64,000 bases of DNA. Source: Octopus bimaculoides. Lineage: Eukaryota. The stretch covers positions 17,283,639 through 17,347,638 of the forward strand of contig NC_069008.1 of the NCBI RefSeq assembly GCF_001194135.2, given 5' to 3'. The notes beneath the pieces were generated by a model. The model ran no database searches, was not told the origin of the DNA, and was given only the letters and a program-made list of their open reading frames with translations. The position numbers and the translations under genes are program-made. Shown in pieces: positions 1 to 10,992 of this stretch (the stretch's first letter is position 1; the number at the start of each line of letters is the position of its first letter).

Positions 1-329
1 CACCACCACCACCACCACCACCACCACCATCGCCATCACCACCACCAACCACCATCACCACCACCACCATCCACCTGTTTCCTCAATTAACATGTCAAAA
101 CAACTTCCTCCACCAAATGTATGTTTTTTTGCACTGATTAACCCAAGTAAGTTTTTCCTTTTTTTTATCTTTTATCTTTTCCTTGTCTCAGTCATTCAAC
201 TGTGGCCATGCTGGGGCACTGCCTTGGCGGGGTGGTGGTGGTGGTGGGTGTATAAATTGATCTCAGTGTTCCAATTTCTTTTTATCCTTTCAAAGTCTAC
301 GATATTGGTAGGGTACCAATAAATGCTTC

Positions 330-652
330 ATTACCTCCGCCTTAGCAAAGGCAGAGGTATTGCTTTCAGCCATGTTTGTTTGTTTGTTTGTCCGTGGAAA
401 AGATATCTCAAGAAGCGCTGGATGGATTCAGATGAAACTTTCAGGAATGCTTGACCTCATGACTGGCACAAACTAATTAGATTTTGGGATCGATCCAGTA
501 CCAGTCAACCGTCAGGTCCATTTTTAATATTCTCGTTTGTTAGAGCAGTCGAGTTTATTTCAGATATTCTCATTTTAAAAATCATCTCTGGCTAATCATT
601 GAGGGGACGTTGGTGCTGCCCTGGCAGGGGTTTGCACTCTCAGACTGCTCTT
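330..652 (+). mobile_element. Helentron-associated non-autonomous element (HINE / DINE-1-like)
   Basis: 5' TTACCTCCGCC with hairpin acctccgcctt/aaggcagaggt, internal (GTTT)n, 'tggattcagatgaaacttt' segment and 3' 'ggcaggggtttgcactctc' end; this is the known HINE architecture. Confidence 0.65.
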
Positions 653-980
653 ATTATTATTATTGCTCTAGTTTTGGGATGCAGGCATAATAAGCCCTCC
701 ACAGCAGCTAACTTAAAAGTCCACACAGAGTACGGCTTTTACGCCGCCTAAACTTTCTTTGGCAAAGATAGGGGTAATTCATCCTGTTCAGGCTATATTA
801 TTAGCAATATTCTGCATTTGAGAATTTAAAAATCACTTCTTTAACTTTCTAAGACATCTCAATGCCTCTAAAAGCAAACTTTGCTTGTTTACGTTTGTCG
901 TAATTTGAATTTAACATATGATAGCGTCTCATAAAGCAAGATTTCTATACATCTTAAATTTGCAGAGGAATCTGTAGTGG

Positions 981-1053
981 GGGAGTTTAGTTCAATCGGT
1001 CAAGCATCGTGATGCGTAATCACGGAGATGTGAGTTTGAGTCCACAGCTAACC
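981..1053 (+). pseudogene. tRNA-Thr(CGT)-like pseudogene or SINE head; repeated at 1157-1229 across a 10-N gap
   Basis: TAGTTCAATCGG D-arm, perfect CGTGA/TCACG anticodon stem with loop TG-CGT-AA, GTTTGAGT T-loop; acceptor and T stems are damaged. Confidence 0.45.
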
Positions 1054-2757
1054 ACCTACACTTTTCTCTACAAAATAGGGGTAGCTTATCCTGTTCAGGC
1101 TATATTATTAGCATTATCTTGCGATTGAGAATNNNNNNNNNNGGAATCTGTAGTGGGGGAGTTTAGTTCAATCGGTCAAGCATCGTGATGCGTAATCACG
1201 GAGATGTGAGTTTGAGTCCACAGCTAACCACCTACACTTTTCTCTACAAAATAGGGGTAGCTTATCCTGTTCAGGCTATATTATTAGCATTATCTTGCGA
1301 TTGAGAATTTAAAATCACTTCTTTAACTTTCTAAGAAACCCAGCTGTTTCTTGCAATACATACATCTAAAGCAGGGGTTCTCAACCATTTTTTTATCCAT
1401 GGGGCCCCTTTGATTACTATTTTAATCTGGTGGACCCTAGTAACTATTCGATGTTAGAGAAAGAAACCCAGCTGTTTCTTGCAATACATATCAACACATA
1501 CATCTAAAGCAAGGGTTCTTCAGGGGCCCTTAGAATATTGTTGTGGATCCCCGATTTACTATTTTGTTGCAAGAACCCCCAAATATATTATACGGACTCT
1601 CAGGGGCCATATGGACCCCAGCTGAGATCCAATGCTGTAAGGGCTCATGAGCCCCGATTTCCTTTGACTAAAACAATTTAAAAACAATTATGGTGTTCTG
1701 TGTTGTGTTTATGTCTGTCTGTGCACGTGTGTGGGTGTATAGGCGTGTGTGTGTGTGTGTGCATGCACGTGTGTGGGTGTATAGACGTGTGTGTGTGTGT
1801 GTGCGTGCACGTGTGTGGGTGTGTGTGTGTGTTTCAAAACAGTTGTTTATGCGTGTATATATGTATGAATACAAGTCCATGAAACCATGTGTGTGTGAGT
1901 ACTTATAGCTGTGTGTGGTGTGTATGTGTGTGTGTGTGTGTGTGTCTAATTAAAATGTCCGTATATGTTGCTATGCAAGTTGTTATGTGTGTTTTTGTGA
2001 ATGTCTAGATATGTGAGTATGTAAATGTATGTGTGTGTGTATTTAAGGTGTGTGTGTGTGTGTGTGTAGGTATAGAAGTGAACACCTTATATGTTTGTTA
2101 GTGTAAAGTATGTAGGTATAAGATTGTGTGTGTGTGTGTGTGTGTGTATAAGTATGTGTGGAGGTTTGTTTACATACTGTCCGTGTGTCTCCAATTTAAC
2201 AACCTGTCATTGTTGTCGTGGCGACCGCTGTCGTGTTTCTGTGAAATGTTGATTTTTTTTTTTTTTTTNNNNNNNNNNNNNNNNNNNNNNNNNNNNNNNN
2301 NNNNNNNNNNNNNNNNNNNNNNNNNNNNNNNNNNNNNNNNNNNNNNNNNNNNNNNNNNNNNNNNNNNNNNNNNNNNNNNNNNNNNNNNNNNNNNNNNNNN
2401 NNNNNNNNNNNNNNNNNNNNNNNNNNNNNNNNNNNNNNNNNNNNNNNNNNNNNNNNNNNNNNNNNNNNNNNNNNNNNNNNNNNNNNNNNNNNNNNNNNNN
2501 NNNNNNNNNNNNNNNNNNNNNNNNNNNNNNNNNNNNNNNNNNNNNNNNNNNNNNNNNNNNNNNNNNNNNNNNNNNNNNNNNNNNNNNNNNNNNNNNNNNN
2601 NNNNNNNNNNNNNNNNNNNNNNNNNNNNNNNNNNNNNNNNNNNNNNNNNNNNNNNNNNNTAATGCAATACGATCGTTTCATGCGACTCCATTTATTTAAG
2701 CAATGTGAACGAAACGATCGTACTGCATTAATTTTGGATATCCTTGTTGCTTATTTT

Positions 2758-2801
<44 letters not shown>

Positions 2802-3579
2802 TATCAATATTTAGAAGAAACAGAGGTGACTCAAAGCCAAGAGTTTCGCAAATCAAGGGGTTATTAATTTGTGTGCCACTGGTAATAATATTTCCCTGGA
2901 TAGTCCTAGAACAAATTATAAAAATAATTACAATATGATGTGAAGAATTCGTATTTTTTAAATAGTTTACCCGTTATGTCATTCAATAAATAAATATATA
3001 AAGAAATAAACGAACGGATAAGGAAAATTTGTGCGCATTTACATAAACACATAAACGGAGTGTGTGTGTGTGTGTATATATATATATATGCATGCATACA
3101 TTTACATACATACGTACATACACATGTATATATATATAAAATAATATAATATAATTATACCAGTGTAAGATAGCACCAAGCTGTTTCTAATATGTGTGTG
3201 TGTGTATATGTATATATGTATATATATGTATGTATATATATATATATATATATGTGCATTCATGATCATACATGCATGATTATGGATTCGCAGACACACA
3301 TACGCACGCACGCACACACGCACATACACATGCACACACATACATACATATACACACATATATAGATATATCTGTAAAGCAAAACAAGAATATATTTACA
3401 CATGCACACACACACACACATCACCAAACATATATCAATATATAGAGATATATTAGTTAATAAATTGTATAGTATTAGACCTGATAATTTACCGGTGAAG
3501 CACGTTCGTGTTCTCAATGTTTGTTGGGTAGTTGATTAATGAGAGAGAAAGAAGATGGAAGATACGAGAATGTTTAGTA

Positions 3580-3685
3580 ATCACTCCAATTGTTTCGACC
3601 CATCTAGGATCGTTCCTTCACATGTGAGGTACTGAACATCTGCTTTAGGTGTATGTGTCGGTGTAGATGTGTCTCCTCAGATGAT
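3580..3685 (-). ncRNA. Hammerhead-like motif with extended stem II (U16.1 mutated to G)
   Basis: atcat-CTGAGGA-GAC..72 nt..GTC-GAAA-CAATTG-GA-gtgat on the minus strand. Confidence 0.55.
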
Positions 3686-4550
3686 AACATCCATATCTAC
3701 TGATGGTTATATCTAATATATTTTCTTTGTATCGTGCATTTGTTTCTTTTTGCATCTGATGTATATTATATATGCTCATATAGGGAAAAAGCAAAATGCT
3801 CATTGATGAACCTCTGTATGAGCACAAATCTTGTATATAAATGTACTGTGCACACAAGGGGAGGGTTGTATGTTTATATTGGGACAACGGCTGATTCATT
3901 CAAGAATTGTTATCGCAACCATGTCGCCACCTTCAAGAGAATCAATAAGAGACATTCAACATCTTTGGCCGATTTTGTGTGGCGACTTGGTCCATAGTAA
4001 GTCACGCAAAACCATATAATATCATTTCCAGAAGATGCCGACTCTGCTCTGAGGTATCCCTGTCTATTCTGTGGACCAACGAGAAGATCATTAATAGAAT
4101 TTCTGAAAAATTCTCAAAATGCTTACATGCTTATAAACGCACAATTCAGTGGGAATGAATTTGAGTAACTGTTAACATAACCCACCTTAAGGTATAGATG
4201 AATTAAGTTTATCTTTAACCTCCTCCATTCACCAAGTAGCTATTTAACACACTATGTGAACGTATATGCGCCAAACCACACGTGTACGTATGCTTACATC
4301 TTCGTGGCTGTTTGTATAAGCGAGTGTACATGCACCTTACAACTTTCGCGAGGGCGTCTATACATATCCGTTAACGGTCATGTTTAATACTTTTTCCGCT
4401 GCTTTGCGCGTTCGTTTCTATTTTGCATATATTATTTTATTATCGATCTTCTATACAAATGAAGTTGTATCCTTTAAATTGCTGTTTTTCTTTACACAAA
4501 ATGAGAAGATACATTGCAGAACTGTTTATCTTAATGAGTTATATCTATTT

Positions 4551-4656
4551 ATCACCCGAAGAGACACATCTGCATTGTCGGATGCTCCTGAACCAGTTGT
4601 TAAGTATCCCACCCGCGAGGGATCGGTGCTAGATGGGTCGAAACAATTGTAGTGAT
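4551..4656 (+). ncRNA. Hammerhead-like motif with extended stem II (U4 changed to C)
   Basis: atcac-CCGAAGA-GAC..GTC-GAAA-CAATTG-TA-gtgat. Confidence 0.6.
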
Positions 4657-5028
4657 TAATGAAAATTCTCCTATCTTCTACCTTTCCGTCTCTCGTTAAC
4701 CAAATACAAAACGATCTCTGTGAAAATGATTGTGCTTTACCAGTAAGCTACCAGGTATAAACCATTCATTTTATTATCTAATGACACACACTCATACACA
4801 CACGCGCGCATGTACACACATACATCATACCTACCTATCTATCTACATACATACGTACGTACATACATACATACATACATACATACATACATACATGCAT
4901 ACATACATACATATATNNNNNNNNNNNNNNNNNNNNNNNNNNNNNNNNNNNNNNNNNNNNNNNNNNNNNNNNNNNNNNNNNNNNNNNNNNNNNNNNNNNN
5001 NNNNNNNNNNNNNNNNNNNNNNNNNNNN

Positions 5029-5059
<31 letters not shown>

Positions 5060-5075
5060 CACACATACATATACA

Positions 5076-5235
5076 TAACTTGGTCCATAGTAAGGTATTC
5101 AAAACCCATATAATATAATTTCCAGGAGATGCCGACCCTATTCCGAGGAATCCCTGTCTATTCTGTGGACCAATGAGAAGATCGTTATAGAATTTCTGAA
5201 AGGCTCTCAAGATGCTTACATGCTTAGAAATATAC
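5076..5235 (+). mobile_element. Second Penelope-like endonuclease C-terminal fragment
   Basis: Diverged copy of 3986-4135 (WSIVRYSKP..RRCRPYSEESLSILWTNEK). Confidence 0.8.
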
Positions 5236-6164
5236 TTTTTGCATGATGTAGAATGTGTCATGAGGCATCAAAACAATTTGAGCTGAAGAAGACGAACAAT
5301 AAAATAATTATATTCTGCAATCAACAGACACATTTGTCCAGCCCCAGGCAAAACTAAAATCGCCATTGTCCTATCCCTATTGTGTCTTTATAGCAAAATC
5401 CATTCCTGGCCTCAAATTACATTCATGACTTCGTTACAAATCGATGTAGCTTCTTTTATCTTTAATCCTTTGTCTGGCGCTTTTTCAGAAACAATTATTA
5501 TAAATCAAATCCAACGAAGAAAAGAGTTCTGAAAATGGAAAATATATACAAAATAAATGATGTATGCAAAAAACAAATTAGAAAGATTCATCCATTTTAA
5601 AATATTTTATACTAAAATGTAAAACAGAAACATCATTTATTTCGTATATATTTTCCATGTTCATCACATTTTTCTTCATTGCATTTCTTTGAATTGGAGA
5701 GGTGTGTTACTGAAGAAGCTCCTTTTGTCTTTTTTAAATTCTCTCTTTCAAACATTCATACAATGAAATCGATGGGAGTGACCATCGTGTATACAATTGT
5801 CTAAAATAATGCTTTTGAATTTTGGCACAAGGCTATCAATTTGGAGGGAGGGGATAAGTTGAGTACATCGACCCCGGTGCTCAACTGGTACTTATTTTAT
5901 CGATCTTAGGAGGATGAAAGGCAAAGTCGACCCCTGCAGAATTTGAACTTGAGAATGTAAAGACAAGATACAATGCCGCTAAACATTTTGACTGGCGTGC
6001 TAACCATTCTGCCAGCCTGACAGATGTATATAATAATCGTTTCTATTCTAGGCACAAGGCCTTGAAAATTTTTTGAAGAAGGGGGCTAGTCGATTAGATT
6101 GATCCTAGTACGCAACTGGTACTTAATTTATCGACCCCGAAAGGATGAAAGGTAAAGTCAACAC

Positions 6165-6680
6165 TTGTTGCACAGCAAACACCATGTCTATGGTGCTGCA
6201 GCCAGGGCGGGAAACCACACTGGGCCTCGGGCAGGTTGCCTCTTGGAGATGTTGGAGATGAGTCTGTTGAGGAGGATCTTGCCTGCTATAAAGAGAAATG
6301 AGATCCCTATGTAGTTGCCACAGTCTGTCCTGGCTCCTTTGTTTTTGTATGGAGCGACTATGGTGGCGTCTCGCAGATCTCTTGGGTTGTCTTCCTGGTC
6401 CCAGATGGTCAAGAGGATGTCATGAAAGGTGTTGAAGGCTGTGGGTCCAAGCGACTTGAACAGTTCAGCAGGTGTTCCATCCCTTCCTGGTGCTTTGCCG
6501 CAGGTCATCTATTTAATGGTGGTCTGTATCTCTTCTTCGCTAGGCGGGAGGTCCTGATCTTCCTGGATTAGCTGCTGGGCGATCTGCCGTAGGGCTGCCT
6601 GGTCGACGATGGAAGGGTGGTTGAGACCTGGCTGAAGTGTTCCAGCCACCTTGCGCTGAGACCTTCCTTGTCTTTGATAC
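6165..6680 (-). mobile_element. RTE-clade LINE fragment (pre-RT region to early RT motifs)
   Basis: GKAPGRDGTPAELFK..DATIV..YKNKG..DCGNY.GIS..AGKIL..NLPEAQCGF..STIDMVF, with frameshifts. Confidence 0.9.
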
Positions 6681-6697
6681 ATAAAGAAAGTTCGTTG

Positions 6698-6803
6698 ACC
6701 ACTACAATTGTTTCGAACTATCTAGCATCGATCCTTCACGGGTGGGGTACTATACAACTGGTTTAGGCATATCACTCGATGTAGATGTATCTCCTCGGGT
6801 GAT
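6698..6803 (-). ncRNA. Hammerhead-like motif with extended stem II (U4 changed to C)
   Basis: atcac-CCGAGGA-GAT..TTC-GAAA-CAATTG-TA-gtggt on the minus strand. Confidence 0.55.
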
Positions 6804-6988
6804 TACATCCATACCTACTAACGGTTATATCTAATCTTTTTTTCAATGTATTGTGTATTTGTTTCTTTTTGCATCTGGTATTTGTTATTGATCTTTTATA
6901 ATAATGAAGCTCTATCCCTTAATTTGGATACAAATACCGAGAAGAAATCTTGTGCAATAGACATTATATTAATGAGAGACGTGTTGTA

Positions 6989-7093
6989 ATCACCTGAAGA
7001 GACACATCTACACCGACATGTACACCTAAGCCAGATATTCAGTATCCCCGCGAGGGGGATCGATGGTTGATGGGTCGAAAAAATTATAGTAAT
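6989..7093 (+). ncRNA. Hammerhead-like motif with extended stem II (core intact, stem III decayed)
   Basis: atcac-CTGAAGA-GAC..GTC-GAAA-AAATTA-TA-gtaat. Confidence 0.55.
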
Positions 7094-7344
7094 CAATAAA
7101 CATTCTCGTATCTTCCATCTTCCATCTTTCTTGTTAACTAAATAACCAACGAACACTGAGAAAGTGGACATGCTTTACCAGTAAACTACCAGGTCTATAC
7201 TATACGATTTATTAATTAATATATATATATACACATATACATACATATTTACACACACACACATACACATATATACATGTACATATATATTCATGTGTGC
7301 GTGTGTGTGTGTGTGAAATATAGAAGCTTTTGTGTGCTTATCAT

Positions 7345-7975
7345 GTAATCAATGCATCTGCTGTTTGGACATCTCTCAGAGACACAGTTCAGCTCAGTCC
7401 CATCAATGGAGATTGTTGGCTTAGGTCTTGTTGCCTTTGGGGCTGCCTGGAGCAGGACCTCCGTCCTCCCAAGGCTGGTGGTCAGGCTGAAGAGTCTGGA
7501 TGCCTCGGCGAAGCGATTGACGATGATCTGGAGGTGGTTTTCCTTGTGACCCATGAGAGCACAGACGTCTGCGAAGAGGGCTTCGAGGATGAGCTTTTCC
7601 TGGTCTTCGCTTTGGCAGACAAGTGGCGGAGGTCGAATGCAGAGCCATCACTTTGGTACTTAATGAGTACGCCCAGGTCGGGTTTCTTCACAGCGAGGAG
7701 GAGGACCCGCGTGAAGAACAAGTTGAAGAGCACTGGGGCGAGGACACAACCCTGTTTGACTCCTTTAGAGATGTAGGAGTTCGTGTAGTCCCCACTAGAA
7801 GGATTTCGTGTTGTCCCTTTATGGTGTTGTAGAAGAACTTGACCAGGGTTGTGAATGTTTGTGGGCAACCCAGCTTGCTGAGGATGATCCATCAAGTCCA
7901 TTCCTTCTCTGTTCAGATGTCTCCTGAGCTTTCTGCCGATGCTTTCTGAGGGTCTTTTGAGTCCGTCACCTTAAT
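7345..7975 (-). mobile_element. RTE-clade LINE fragment (RT core)
   Basis: WIILSKLGCP..GVKQGCVLAPVLFNLFF..LFADVCAL..HLQIIVNRFAEASRLFSLTTSLGRTEVL. Confidence 0.9.
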
Positions 7976-8580
7976 GAACGGGATATGGTTGTGTATACCA
8001 CTGTCTTGACATTGTATGATACTGATACACGTAAATAAGCATCCCTGTCATACAAGTGGTGTTGTTCTTTCCCAATCTTCTGTGAAAAACATGTCTGGGC
8101 ATGGAGGAAATATTATTACCTTACTTGAAAAAAGGGTGAGGGTTAGCAACAGGAAGGGCACCCAGCTGTAGAGAAACAACCTGCCTCAATATATTCTATT
8201 TGATCCCTGAAAGCATGGAAAATTGGACATAAAAATGATGACAATGATGATGATGATGGTGGTGGTGGCGGTGATGATGATGATGATGGTGATGATGGTG
8301 ATGATGATATATTTATAACTAATTGAGTTTAGTTTTTAAATTAATTAAATGCTTTAGGTTCATTAGACAGACATAATTGTTTGTCCTGTTTATGCAACTT
8401 CGTTTCAGGCTTGTTGATTAGCAAGGTAGTGGTGGTGGCCACTACTACCACCACCAACAACAACACTATCATCACCACCACTACCATCATCATCATCATC
8501 ATCATCAGCGTGACCACCATGACCACCACCTGTGATATTCCCCATCTCTTTCCTTCAGTCTTTAATCTTATTTATTCCAG

Positions 8581-8687
8581 ATGATTGATCTCCATATCTA
8601 CTTGGTCCCGTCGGAGATGTGGCGAGACAAATACAACAACATGGACAATGAGGATGTGTCCGAAAGTATCTCCTTGGGTTTCATCCG
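8581..8687 (+). CDS. SPATA1: SPATA1 coding exon 1
   Basis: ttccag|ATG; [36 protein letters not shown]; donor cg|gtaact. Confidence 0.85.
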
Positions 8688-10188
8688 GTAACTATAAATT
8701 CATCTATCTACCTATCTGTCTACCCGAGTATCTTCTACTATAGTTTCAAGCTGACAAAATCCTTTCTGTTGCTGGCTACCAAATTCACTGGAATTGAACT
8801 CAGAACTCCTAGGTGATTTCACTGCATTAACCAACACCTTTATCCACTACACTATACTCATAGGCAGAGTCAGAACGAATTTTCAAGGTTTATAACCTTG
8901 CATTGATGTCTTATGTCGGCTCTGGACCGATTGGAGAATACAATTCTATATTTATGAGATGAGCAATTTAGATATTATATATTAGCCAGACTGGTGTCAC
9001 CATCATGATTGCCGCTTTCATAACGTTTCGGCTTTTTTATGTTCCAGCCTTCTTCAGGTGTCTTGTGATTTCACCTGAATGTTTTGTCTGAGATTAAACT
9101 GAGAACGTCTAGGTGGAATGCCTTTATCCATTAAGCCTTCTTAATAATAATAACAATGATAATAATAATGATTTTAAAAAAATAATAATAATGATAATTA
9201 CCACCACCACTACTGCATGCTGCTGCTGTTGCTACCACCACCACCACCACCACCACCACTACCACCACCATCACTACTACTACTACTACATTTCCTCTTG
9301 TTTTTTTCTTTCCTTTCCTTTGAACAGGATCCATCCGGAGTCGAGAGTTTACGATTTGAGGGAAGAGATTGAAATCCAACTGAATTCTCCGAACCTGCCA
9401 CAGGAATACGTCTTTCTCAAGAGTGTTGGCCGATGCCTGACAAAGGTAAGCAACAGAATACNNNNNNNNNNNNNNNNNNNNNNNNNNNNNNNNNNNNNNN
9501 NNNNNNNNNNNNNNNNNNNNNNNNNNNNNNNNNNNNNNNNNNNNNNNNNNNNNNNNNNNNNNNNNNNNNNNNNNNNNNNNNNNNNNNNNNNNNNNNNNNN
9601 NNNNNNNNNNNNNNNNNNNNNNNNNNNNNNNNNNNNNNNNNNNNNNNNNNNNNNNNNNNNNNNNNNNNNNNNNNNNNNNNNNNNNNNNNNNNNNNNNNNN
9701 NNNNNNNNNNNNNNNNNNNNNNNNNNNNNNNNNNNNNNNNNNNNNNNNNNNNNNNNNNNNNNNNNNNNNNNNNNNNNNNNNNNNNNNNNNNNNNNNNNNN
9801 NNNNNNNNNNNNNNNNNNNNNNNNNNNNNNNNNNNNNNNNNNNNNNNNNNNNNNNNNNNNNNNNNNNNNNNNNNNNNNNNNNNNNNNNNNNNNNNNNNNN
9901 NNNNNNNNNNNNNNNNNNNNNNNNNNNNNNNNNNNNNTTGTTGTTGTTGTTGTTGTTGTTGTTGTTAAGGCGGTGAGCTGGCAGAACCGTTAGCAAGCCT
10001 CGGCGAAACGCTCACCTGTATTTCATCTGTCTTTACGTTCTGAGTTCAAATTCCGCCGAGGTCGACTTTGCCTTTCATCTTTTTGGGGTCGATTAAATAA
10101 GTACCAGTCGAACAGTGGTAGTCGATGTAATCAACTCATGCCCTCCCCACCCCACAAAAATTGCTGCCCTTGTTGCAAAAACTGAAAC

Positions 10189-10219
<31 letters not shown>

Positions 10220-10648
10220 GGTGGTGGTAATGATGATGGCGGATGTGGTGTTGGCCCATGTGGTGTTGGCCCATGTGGTAATGTTGGTGCTGGTGGTCGT
10301 CGTCGTCGTCGTGGTGGTAATAGAGGCAGCAGCAGCAGATGGATATTGATAAATTAAACATTGATTCCCGCCCCACCATTGTTATTCTACAGCAAAGATC
10401 AAACACGCTTCCCCCCACCCCCAGGTGTCCACATTTTCTGATTAGCAAGGGATTGCCTTCGTCAATACTTCATCGATCATTAATAAACGTCTATTAAATG
10501 CAATAAGCCCAGTAAATACACACACACACACACAAACACATACACACACACACATAAATGTGTGTGTAATATCTATTATCAATGGCAGCTATAACTTTCA
10601 AGTTAGCAGTCTCCATTGTCAGTACTGCATTCACAAAACACCTCTCTG

Positions 10649-10694
<46 letters not shown>

Positions 10695-10955
10695 CATCTA
10701 TCTATCTATTTATCTGTCTGTCTGTCAATCTCTCTCTCTCTCTCTAAGCAAAGGACCACTGATGAGGTCACAGAAGTGTGACGAAAGAACTCTGGCCGAA
10801 ATAGGATTAATGTAATGTAATGTAATATAAAGCTGAAGCAAATTAACACCAAATATACAGTGCGTGTGTTTTTATTGGCTAAACTGGCAATATGACCATC
10901 CCCAAGTACAACAACATCTGTTTCAACACACGATTTCACATAAAAAATGTTGCAA

Positions 10956-10992
<37 letters not shown>

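Larger units (their letters stand above)
3545..4770 (+). mobile_element. 5'-truncated Penelope-like element: inverted pseudo-LTR, GIY-YIG endonuclease remnant, then sense pseudo-LTR
   Basis: 3782-4158 encodes CSLMNLC..LVYKC..YIGTT..FKNCYRNH..FVW, then after a frameshift WSIV..CRLC..INRISE..KCLH*. Flanks 3545-3700 and 4545-4700 are reverse-complement homologs. Confidence 0.85.
6690..7195. mobile_element. Inverted pair of Penelope pseudo-LTRs with no coding core
   Basis: 6698-6803 is the reverse-complement homolog of 6989-7093. The left half matches 3580-3770 and the right half matches 4440-4765. Confidence 0.8.

Noticed and set aside
967-1308. Essentially exact 166-bp tandem duplication
   Set aside because: The copies sit on either side of a 10-N gap, typical of unmerged contig overlap; probably an assembly artefact.
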